From Candidatus Cloacimonadota bacterium (GTDB lineage: Bacteria > Cloacimonadota > Cloacimonadia > JGIOTU-2), in the NCBI GenBank assembly GCA_049903315.1, contig JBNGBT010000015.1:1-34803 (forward strand): a stretch of 34,803 nt of DNA, given 5' to 3'. The position numbers and the translations under genes are program-made. Under the pieces are notes generated by a model, which was given only the letters and a program-made list of their open reading frames with translations, had not been told where the DNA came from and made no database searches. This document shows positions 1-7,109 of the stretch, in pieces (position 1 is the first letter of the stretch; each line of letters starts with the position of its first letter).

Positions 1-6
1 TACCAT
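1..6 (-). CDS. Probable start of a divergently transcribed gene truncated by the window edge
   Basis: The minus strand reads AGGAG (19-15), 8 nt, then ATG (6-4), which is ideal SD spacing. Only two codons are visible. Confidence 0.35.
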
Positions 7-125
7 GGCATGTACTCCTTTCTGCAACAACATACTCTTCTCCCAATTTCTGTAAACAACGCTAAGTTTTCTTACAAATTGTGTTATAAATTATTTGATA
101 AAAAACCTGACAAGAATATATTTAT

Positions 126-1133
126 ATGAAACATATAGGTATGAAAAATGATGAATTAAAGATTAGAGTTAAAAGACTGATTAATGAGTACCTTGAGCCT
201 CTTGAAATAAAGAAGCTTGATCTGGATATTATTCCTACCCTAAGATCACAGAAGACAGGGGAGGTGTTTTCATCTCAATATAGAAAAGAGATGCAACGGA
301 TAGGAAGGTATTTTAACAATTTCTCTCTTCTCGGGGAGTTCAGAATGTCCTTTCTCGACATTCTTTATGATTTTCTAGAATCAAGAAGCAGAAAAATCTC
401 CGAAAATACATATTATATCCAGGCTAATGCGCTCAAGGGAGTCATCATGAATCAACCGAAAATCCAACTACAGAATGAGTATTTCAAACAGATATTCGAA
501 ACCGTTGTGAAAGACATATGTTTTGACCAGGACCTGCTTGATAATTGCCAGAATGGAGTTTCCAGGGGTGAACCCAATCCATTGAACGAAAAACAACTGA
601 CGTTGCTTCTTGACGCTGCCAACAAAAGGACGACATTGATCTTGTCCTTTATTCTCATGACCGGTAGCAATATGCAGGAACTCGTCAGACTAACCATGAA
701 GGGGGTGATGCAGCTTTCATACCATGATGCAGTAAGAGTTATGCTTGCCAGGAATAGCAAGAATCAACGATCTGCTGTCATCCCAAGATCCATGCTCTTG
801 ACTATCCTTAATGAATTTCACGGAACCAATCACATGAATCAAATCCCGACTGACAGATTTCTATTTCAGACAAGATCGGGAAATACCCTTATGAAGAATA
901 ACATCTATATGATGATAGAGAACGCAGGGCGAAAGGTCGGTATCGACAAATTGAATGTCGCCGATCTATATGAGACATCAACAATGATCAAACGCATGGG
1001 TGGTTGTTCCGACGGAGTATTAACGCTTTCAGAAAATGTCGACAAAAGTGATCCCAGTGAACGAGAACAGGTAAGATGCTTGTTCGATTGCTTTGCATTT
1101 CTGAATGTATTTTATAATAACCAAAATAATTAA
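126..1133 (+). CDS. Tyrosine recombinase (Xer/integrase)-fold protein, apparently catalytically inactive
   Basis: The C-terminal half follows the integrase catalytic-domain scaffold: LNEKQLTLLLDAA..RTTLILSFILMTG(S-N-M)QELVRL; SKNQRSAVIP; FLFQTRSGNTL; IENAGRKVGIDKL. Box I Arg is Asn, HxxR reads ADLYE, and there is no LGH or recognisable Tyr nucleophile. The start may be ATG 141. Confidence 0.7.
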   Translation: MKHIGMKNDELKIRVKRLINEYLEPLEIKKLDLDIIPTLRSQKTGEVFSSQYRKEMQRIGRYFNNFSLLGEFRMSFLDILYDFLESRSRKISENTYYIQANALKGVIMNQPKIQLQNEYFKQIFETVVKDICFDQDLLDNCQNGVSRGEPNPLNEKQLTLLLDAANKRTTLILSFILMTGSNMQELVRLTMKGVMQLSYHDAVRVMLARNSKNQRSAVIPRSMLLTILNEFHGTNHMNQIPTDRFLFQTRSGNTLMKNNIYMMIENAGRKVGIDKLNVADLYETSTMIKRMGGCSDGVLTLSENVDKSDPSEREQVRCLFDCFAFLNVFYNNQNN

Positions 1134-1150
1134 GAAGAGACAATGTATTT

Positions 1151-1261
1151 ATGATCGAAAATCTTGATGAAAACGATGCCAAGGAGTTACTGGACAGAAT
1201 GACAAGACTAATTCTGTTGTTGGTATCTATCGCAAGTAGAAAGGATGAAGAAGAAAAATGA
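1151..1261 (+). CDS. Small 36-aa ORF (MIENLDENDAKELLDRMTRLILLLVSIASRKDEEEK) directly upstream of the serine recombinase leader
   Basis: Read manually: ATG 1151 to TGA 1259-1261, with purine-rich AAGAAGAGA upstream. It has an amphipathic-helix pattern and is below the ORF-track size cutoff. Confidence 0.5.
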   Translation: MIENLDENDAKELLDRMTRLILLLVSIASRKDEEEK

Positions 1262-1382
1262 CGGGCGTGGCGACAGTTGAATTGCTGATAGTCGCAGAAC
1301 AGTAATTAGACGCCCGAAAACACTCGGTGCCCTGATTATACGGGGCACCGGTGACACGGATCATCGATCATAGATCAGGGAG
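1262..1382 (+). ncRNA. Putative structured cis-regulatory RNA leader of the serine recombinase
   Basis: P1 is CGGGCGT 1262-1268 / ACGCCCG 1310-1316. P2 is GCGAC 1270-1274 / GTCGC 1291-1295. A crossing helix AATTGCTG 1280-1287 / CAGTAATT 1300-1307 has one G-U pair. A second hairpin spans 1321-1353, and CCCTGAT 1330-1336 is complementary to ATCAGGG 1374-1380 at the SD. Confidence 0.5.
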
Positions 1383-1386
1383 TAAA

Positions 1387-2982
1387 ATGCACAGTGTAAC
1401 AAAGACGAAAGCAGTACTCTACGCACGAGTATCATCAAAAGAGCAAATGGATACCGGTTATTCAATCGACGCACAGGTGGACCTCCTCAGAGCTTATGCT
1501 AAGGAGAATTATATCGAGATAGTTCATGAATATGTCGAAGTGGAGTCGGCTAAGACCACAGGACGCGCAGAATTCAACAAGATGATAAAGCTCATAAAGG
1601 AGGAAAAGAGGAGACGCAGAAATAACTACTGCAGAACGATCCTTGTTGAAAAGACAGACCGCTTCTGTAGGAACTTTAGAGATTATTTACTGCTTGATGA
1701 ACTGGATATCGACATTCACTTTGTGAAAGAGGGAACCGTCTACTCGGAACAGAGCAGTCGTTCTACCGACAAGATGATCATGGGTATGAAGGTCTTGATA
1801 GCAAAACATTTTATTGATAATCTGAAGGAGGAGACCATCAAGGGGTTGAACAAGAAGGCTGAACAGGGAAATTATCCCTGCAGGGCTCCATATGGCTATA
1901 TGAACGTCAAAGACGGTAAAAAGAACCACATAGCACCGGATCCTGAAACAGCTCCCATGGTGAAGAAGATATATAATCTTTACGCTTCAGGAAATTACTC
2001 CCTGAAATCCCTTGCTGATAAACTGTATAAAACAGGATTTTTTTACTGCCCTTCAACACCACGGTTCCCGACCTCGGTGCTGCAAAGAATGCTGAACAAT
2101 CCGATCTATTATGGTAAGTTCAGGTTCAAGGAAAAACTCTATGACGGCAATCATAAACCCCTCATTAGCAAAAGAAAATTTCAGCTTGTGAACGAGTATC
2201 TAACAAGTAACGGTAACGGCAAACACAACGACACAAAGGTATACATGCTGTACCGCGGATTGATCCACTGCGGGGACTGCGGATGTTTGCTGACCGGGGA
2301 AAAACATAAAAAGAAGTATATTTATTACCACTGTACCTTTGCCAAAGGAAAGTGTAAGAATCGTGAATATATCAGGAGCGAGGTCATTGATGCGGCAATC
2401 GAGAAGATCATCAGGAAAATATCCTTTGATGATAAAAAGATGAAGTTCATTACCGATGCCCTGAAAGCCGGTATCGACAAAGAGAATAAAGAAAATAAGA
2501 CCATAATGAAGAAAAATAAACAGAGGATTAAAGATCTGAAAAAGGGTCTTGATAAGATTTATATGGACTATCAACTAGCTCGTATTGATAAAGAACGCTA
2601 TGAGCGCATAAGGGATAAATGGGAGGAAGAAATCGACATTTTAGAGGACAATTTGTGGAATTTAAAAGCTCAAAGCGACGGTTTAAGGGTCAAAATGACG
2701 ATTATTCTCAAAATCTGTAAATCCCTTACTGATATATATTTACAAGGTTTGCCATTTGAGAAAAGAGAGGTGCTTCAGATACTGTTCTCGAACTTTTTAT
2801 GGGATAATGGTAAGCTAGTGGCAATCGTACGAAAGCCTTTAGACATGCTGCTTTTAGCAGATTTTGATGACGAAAATTCTCAGGTAAAAATTTGCTCAAA
2901 ATACCCGAAAAAAAAGGGTGGGGTGGATGATGGGACTCGAACCCACAACAACCGGAACCACAATCCGGTGCTCTGCCATTGA
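1387..2982 (+). CDS. Large serine recombinase (resolvase + recombinase + Zn-ribbon/coiled-coil domains)
   Basis: N-terminal YARVSSKEQ catalytic Ser motif, VEKTDRFCRN, APYGY, NPIYYG...GNHKPLIS, Zn ribbon CGDCGC...YYHC...C, then a coiled coil. ATG 1387 has SD AGGGAG; the ORF-track start GTG 1351 lies in a hairpin arm. Confidence 0.95.
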   Translation: MHSVTKTKAVLYARVSSKEQMDTGYSIDAQVDLLRAYAKENYIEIVHEYVEVESAKTTGRAEFNKMIKLIKEEKRRRRNNYCRTILVEKTDRFCRNFRDYLLLDELDIDIHFVKEGTVYSEQSSRSTDKMIMGMKVLIAKHFIDNLKEETIKGLNKKAEQGNYPCRAPYGYMNVKDGKKNHIAPDPETAPMVKKIYNLYASGNYSLKSLADKLYKTGFFYCPSTPRFPTSVLQRMLNNPIYYGKFRFKEKLYDGNHKPLISKRKFQLVNEYLTSNGNGKHNDTKVYMLYRGLIHCGDCGCLLTGEKHKKKYIYYHCTFAKGKCKNREYIRSEVIDAAIEKIIRKISFDDKKMKFITDALKAGIDKENKENKTIMKKNKQRIKDLKKGLDKIYMDYQLARIDKERYERIRDKWEEEIDILEDNLWNLKAQSDGLRVKMTIILKICKSLTDIYLQGLPFEKREVLQILFSNFLWDNGKLVAIVRKPLDMLLLADFDDENSQVKICSKYPKKKGGVDDGTRTHNNRNHNPVLCH

Positions 2983-2994
2983 ACTACATCCACC
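2919..2994 (-). tRNA. tRNA-His (GTG)
   Basis: Reverse complement GGTGGATGTAGTTCAATGGCAGAGCACCGGATTGTGGTTCCGGTTGTTGTGGGTTCGAGTCCCATCATCCACCCCA forms a cloverleaf with the extra G-1, anticodon GTG, a TTCGA T-loop and encoded CCA. Confidence 0.97.
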
Positions 2995-3008
2995 ACATAT
3001 TAAATAAC

Positions 3009-3086
3009 TGGTCGGGGTGCCGAGATTCGAACTCGGGACCTCTTGAACCCCATTCAAGCGCGCTAGCCGGGCTGCGCTACACCCCG
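3009..3086 (-). tRNA. tRNA-Pro (GGG)
   Basis: Reverse complement CGGGGTGTAGCGCAGCCCGGCTAGCGCGCTTGAATGGGGTTCAAGAGGTCCCGAGTTCGAATCTCGGCACCCCGACCA. Anticodon stem is CTTGA/TCAAG, loop ATGGGGT, with encoded CCA. Confidence 0.97.
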
Positions 3087-3112
3087 TTTTTCCAAATATT
3101 TCCAATAAAAAA

Positions 3113-3140
3113 TATTAAGATGGATACCTTTATATGCAAG
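3113..3140 (-). promoter_or_regulatory. Putative sigma70 promoter of the tRNA-Pro/His pair
   Basis: The minus strand reads TTGCAT-N16-TAATAT, with the -10 box ending about 26 nt upstream of the tRNA-Pro 5' end. Confidence 0.45.
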
Positions 3141-3173
3141 TTTTTTCAGTCAAGTTTTATGCAATATCGGTGA

Positions 3174-3644
3174 TTATTCTACATCACAACTAAACCAATA
3201 CCGCTTGCCCTTCTTAATCAATTCATCAACCCCCATTTCTTTGATATTCCTCAAAGTGGCAATACATGCATTGTGAAATATCTCGCCAAGAGCATTCTTT
3301 ATTTTATCACAATGTTCAAATTCATTGCACTCATAGCATCCACCAAAACCTTTCTCGCGAAAGCAGTGCCATACGTTGCATTCAGTGTGATCCCTTTGCG
3401 TACAAATTATAGGGCATTTCATCTGAGTGAGAAAGTTCAGATTTTTTATAAATTCGTCATAGTTCCTAAACTGCTTAGAAAACATAGCCCGAACAGTTAA
3501 GTAATATTTGTATTTTTCTAATTGTGCTTTAAGTTTCTCAGCAGCTTTGGCAACATCCTGTGAATATCCACCACAGTCACCACAATACAAACCGCAATAT
3601 GCGATTAATGCCTACTTGTCATCAATAGTTTTAACTTTACTCAT
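3174..3644 (-). pseudogene. DUF3795-like Cys-rich protein with an in-frame TAG at codon 11 (pseudogene, read-through, or sequence error)
   Basis: ATG 3644, inside the last codons of the upstream gene, reads MSKVKTIDDK*ALIAYCGLYCGDCGGY... The family-typical LIAYCGLYCGDC motif begins upstream of the TTG 3590 used by the ORF track. Further motifs CPIIC, CNVWHC and CYECNEFEHC follow. Confidence 0.65.
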
Positions 3645-5451
3645 TGTTAATATAATTCCCGATACTGAGCTTAATCCACTTGTCAGCATAATAGCCGTAA
3701 TGGCTTTCTATGATCTTTTCTGTCAGATCACAAATGGAGGTAGCGCCAAATATTTGAAGAGTCTTTCCATCCGAACTCGCTGCACTTTGATAGAAATAAT
3801 CACTATTGTTTATTTCTTCGTAAAAATGGGTATAATATTTCCCATTAGGAGCAAGAAAATTTATAATATCACGCGCTTTTTCAAAATCGATTTTCCCATA
3901 TTCTTTTAATAATATTTTATTCAGAGCATCATATCTCCATTGAGTGTCATCCATGTGGTCAGCAGACATCATGGTGGTCCAGGGAGCCATGGAACAAAAA
4001 CGCATTGATGGATTAATATACATATTTGTAACCAGTACGAGATCAGGTTTGTCTTCGCGTTGAGGAGCAAAATAATATCCATTCGGCACAGCTTGAGCTT
4101 TGAATGTCGAATCTATAAAAGCGGTTTTATCAAAGAATTCTTCAGGATCGTAGGGCTTATCGAACTTCATGAAAAGCCCGGTATTAAAATAGAAAAATGT
4201 ATCAGGATATGCATAATCATCATAGCGGATCTTCAACCCATATTTAAGGGCAAGTGTGTCATATTCTGCCAGAAATTCTCTGGTTGGAAACAATCCCTCT
4301 TTAACGAGCCCAGGTTTGGGGAATGATAAAAAATCCAGACTATCTGCATAGGCACCAGCTTCCAATACAGCTCCTCGTCCGGACTGGGCATCTGCGATTG
4401 AGTAAAGCCAGGGAACTCCGCGAGGTGCATGAACCATGACCCGTAATGCTTTTTGAAAAGTTGTACCATAATGGGCAGCATGCCGAACAAGGAGTAACGA
4501 ATTCAATCCGGGCTGTTTCGCATTTAAATTTGCAGCTGGAACCATATCGACACCGAGTGCAAGCCCGTTTGCATTCATTGCAGTTATCGAACCAATCATT
4601 CCTGGTGCAGTAACAGAGATTATTGGCTCACGTGCTGGATAGTCAAGCATTGGATCAGGATTATAAATTATCATACATGCAAGATTCTGGAAAATATCTG
4701 CGGTTGGAAACATAAAGTCTCTTCCATAATAGTGCTTCCCATCTTTTGTGGCTTTTTTACATACCGAAAAGGCGTTGCAGAATAAAGGAGGTTTCAGGTT
4801 TGCTGCGCTTATCCCCGGGATCGATTTCCATAAACCTTGGATATTATATGTTTGGGCAAGAAGAAAATCAATGCCTACATTGAGGGCAAATATATTATCG
4901 AGATTCACCAATGTATTAGGATTTGCTTCCTTGCATCCTTCAACTATCCCGACCATTTCATTCATCAACTCTTGGGGCAACATACGGCTAATGTTTTTAT
5001 CATTGCTTTTTATGATGTCGATCATCAATTTACCGAGAAGACTTTTATATGGTTTGACAGAACCAGGTTGAAGAAAAGCCGGTACAATACCGTCCATGAA
5101 TTTTGTGCACATTGTTTCGATTTGTTGATGAGCAATTTTACCGAATATGTACCCCATCTGATAACCTGTTCCTTCCAGGTAATACACAGTTTTGGGATTA
5201 TTTGTCTCATAATTGAATGCAGAGATGCTATGGGCTTTTATACCTCTCTTGCCCTGATATGTTATGACCGTATCGATGACATATCCATCTTTTTCAAACG
5301 CTTGAGTAAGTTCAAAAGTTGATCTCTTGGGCAAGGGTATACTTACACTTGATTCTTCCTTTAATATTGAGGTTTTCTTTACTCTGGAAAATTGCGAACA
5401 CGAAGCGAGTAACCCAAAAATTAAGACTATAAATAATAAATTTTTTTTCAT
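3637..5451 (-). CDS. Lipoprotein, C45 family (acyl-CoA:6-APA acyltransferase-like) Ntn-hydrolase
   Basis: Lipobox LLASC; GTGYQMGYIFG propeptide motif; predicted nucleophile Cys in FCNAFSV...ATKDGKHYYGRDF; PGMIGSITAMNANGL. Confidence 0.8.
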   Translation of the reverse strand: MKKNLLFIVLIFGLLASCSQFSRVKKTSILKEESSVSIPLPKRSTFELTQAFEKDGYVIDTVITYQGKRGIKAHSISAFNYETNNPKTVYYLEGTGYQMGYIFGKIAHQQIETMCTKFMDGIVPAFLQPGSVKPYKSLLGKLMIDIIKSNDKNISRMLPQELMNEMVGIVEGCKEANPNTLVNLDNIFALNVGIDFLLAQTYNIQGLWKSIPGISAANLKPPLFCNAFSVCKKATKDGKHYYGRDFMFPTADIFQNLACMIIYNPDPMLDYPAREPIISVTAPGMIGSITAMNANGLALGVDMVPAANLNAKQPGLNSLLLVRHAAHYGTTFQKALRVMVHAPRGVPWLYSIADAQSGRGAVLEAGAYADSLDFLSFPKPGLVKEGLFPTREFLAEYDTLALKYGLKIRYDDYAYPDTFFYFNTGLFMKFDKPYDPEEFFDKTAFIDSTFKAQAVPNGYYFAPQREDKPDLVLVTNMYINPSMRFCSMAPWTTMMSADHMDDTQWRYDALNKILLKEYGKIDFEKARDIINFLAPNGKYYTHFYEEINNSDYFYQSAASSDGKTLQIFGATSICDLTEKIIESHYGYYADKWIKLSIGNYINNE

Positions 5452-5459
5452 ATTTTCTC

Positions 5460-6401
5460 CTATCTTAACAAAAAATATGCGATTCCTGACACAATGACCT
5501 GGATTGTCAGATTATCAAATCCGTGAGTGCTGATTGCTTCAACAAGTGCACCTCCCAAACCACAGGCAAAGCCGACAAACAAAGAAGTCCACAATCCATA
5601 TGAACTAAAAAGCAAAGCAAAGAATGCCGCCAGGAAACCGACAATTAAAACTCCAATTGATCCTTCGATACTTCGCGTGACTTTCACGCCGAAGGCAGAG
5701 GGAATATTATACTCATGTTTCCCCCACTTTGCGCCAATGGGTTCTCCCACCGCATCTCCGCATCCACAAACAAAATAGCCGACTATAGCGAATGGATAGA
5801 ACAGCACATTTGCAAGCACTCCGCCAAGAGCAGTTGTCAGCAAAGGAACTACAATAAAGACACTTCTTCGCGGCTCGTCCTTGGGTCGTGCAAGTGCTTC
5901 ATAAAATGGGAAATCATTTCCTTTATAAACTGAAAACAGCACGAATAAGACAACGATTATGCCAAACATTACGACACCTGAAAGCCCTAATACGATCTGG
6001 AGAATTCCAGCCATTAGGAATATCATAACATGAAATACTTTCCTTGTATATGCTGTTTTGAGACTTTTTTTAATTTTCAAAAAACTGGCAAACCAAAGAG
6101 AGAACCAGGTATAAAAAAATAATACCGGCGTGATTATCAGGAAGACCTTCATAGAGGGCAAAGCACGGGAAATGAAGTCAGAGGTGTTCTGCAGTAGTGC
6201 CGGCAACAAAGACTTATCATGACTTGGAATATCCGCATAATATTCTCTATGCATAGGTGTATTTGCATACATAAATGAAGGAATAACTAATAAAAGGATT
6301 GACAATGTAAGTAGGATTTTCAATTTATTCACGTTCTGCTGAATGTTCATATGATTTTCTAGAAACACTGCATCCTCTTTTTGTGTTGATATGTTTTTCA
6401 T
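5460..6401 (-). CDS. CTP-dependent phytol/dolichol kinase-like integral membrane protein
   Basis: Multi-TM protein with TRKVFH, GDAVGEPIGAKWG, RSIEGS and GFDNLTI motifs of the dolichol/phytol kinase (CTP_transf_1) clan. The true start may lie downstream of 6401. Confidence 0.75.
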   Translation of the reverse strand: MKNISTQKEDAVFLENHMNIQQNVNKLKILLTLSILLLVIPSFMYANTPMHREYYADIPSHDKSLLPALLQNTSDFISRALPSMKVFLIITPVLFFYTWFSLWFASFLKIKKSLKTAYTRKVFHVMIFLMAGILQIVLGLSGVVMFGIIVVLFVLFSVYKGNDFPFYEALARPKDEPRRSVFIVVPLLTTALGGVLANVLFYPFAIVGYFVCGCGDAVGEPIGAKWGKHEYNIPSAFGVKVTRSIEGSIGVLIVGFLAAFFALLFSSYGLWTSLFVGFACGLGGALVEAISTHGFDNLTIQVIVSGIAYFLLR

Positions 6402-6499
6402 ATAATTTCACGCATGCGGTGTCAAATTAAATGTGAATTTTCATTATAAAAATTTTTAATATTTTTTAAATACTTACATGAATTATCTGCGGAGGACGT

Positions 6500-6889
6500 A
6501 TGAAAAAATGTATCATACTTATATTTCTCGTGATTTGCATGACATCATGCAGCACTTATTATGTGACAAGAAAACCCTTGACCCTCATGGGTTCATGGCA
6601 AAGGACTATCAAGACTAAAAAGTCTTCATATATTGCACGTCTCACTTTCAATAAAGATCTTACCTTCTCATATGAAGCAAAAGATCCTGTCGTTGGACAT
6701 GTAAATACATATGGCAACGTGAGTATCATATCCAAAAAAGTTGCATTTTTGAGTGATTTGCAATGCAAGAATGCGGGTATTTATAAGTTCTTAATTGAAG
6801 ATTACAACACGCTTGTTCTTACTCCGGAAAGAGATTTGTGCGAGATAAGAAAAAGCATCATTTATGGAACCTGGACGAGGGTAGAATAA
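6500..6889 (+). CDS. Hypothetical lipoprotein (beta-rich, lipocalin-like GSW/GTW motifs)
   Basis: SD GGAGGA; signal peptide with lipobox MTSC; LMGSWQR and GTWTRVE motifs. Confidence 0.65.
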   Translation: MKKCIILIFLVICMTSCSTYYVTRKPLTLMGSWQRTIKTKKSSYIARLTFNKDLTFSYEAKDPVVGHVNTYGNVSIISKKVAFLSDLQCKNAGIYKFLIEDYNTLVLTPERDLCEIRKSIIYGTWTRVE

Positions 6890-6891
6890 AT

Positions 6892-7107
6892 ATGAAGATT
6901 GCCTTTGGCAAGTATTGCCCATGCTGTGGAAATGGAAACCGGCATCGTGATCACAGATCATGGTTCATGAGGTTGATCGGCATTAAAAAACTGTATGTAT
7001 GTACGAAGTGCAGATTGCGTTATGTCATTCTCTTCGGAGGATTAGGAATAGGATTGGGGAGATGCCCACGTGGCGCAAAATACTGGAAGTTAAATAATAA
7101 GGAGTAG
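6892..7107 (+). CDS. Small basic Zn-ribbon protein
   Basis: ATG 6892 lies 2 nt after the upstream stop. CPCCG...CTKC knuckles and an RDHRSWFMRL spacer; the gene ends 2 nt before DUF47. Confidence 0.55.
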   Translation: MKIAFGKYCPCCGNGNRHRDHRSWFMRLIGIKKLYVCTKCRLRYVILFGGLGIGLGRCPRGAKYWKLNNKE

Positions 7108-7109
7108 TT

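Larger units (their letters stand above)
1..2918. mobile_element. Right end of a putative integrative element / genomic island inserted at or next to the 3' end of tRNA-His; left end lies outside the window
   Basis: A large serine recombinase points into and overlaps the tRNA-His 3' end, next to a degenerate tyrosine recombinase gene. Host-like genes resume beyond the tRNAs. The second att site is not visible in the window. Confidence 0.7.

Noticed and set aside
1284..1300. Hammerhead-like CTGATAG...GAAC
   Set aside because: It does not match the CUGANGA/GAAA core and lacks the required three-stem arrangement.
1351..1386. GTG start of the serine recombinase at 1351
   Set aside because: It lies in a hairpin arm with no SD. 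ATG 1387 has an SD and places the YARVS motif at the usual N-terminal distance.
2896..3173. ORFs 2896..3105(-) and 2979..3173(+)
   Set aside because: They are translations across the two tRNA genes, not proteins.
3612..3614. Genome-wide TAG reassignment
   Set aside because: TAG terminates several genes at sensible positions (5460, 7107, 15465, 30183), and no long gene contains an internal TAG.
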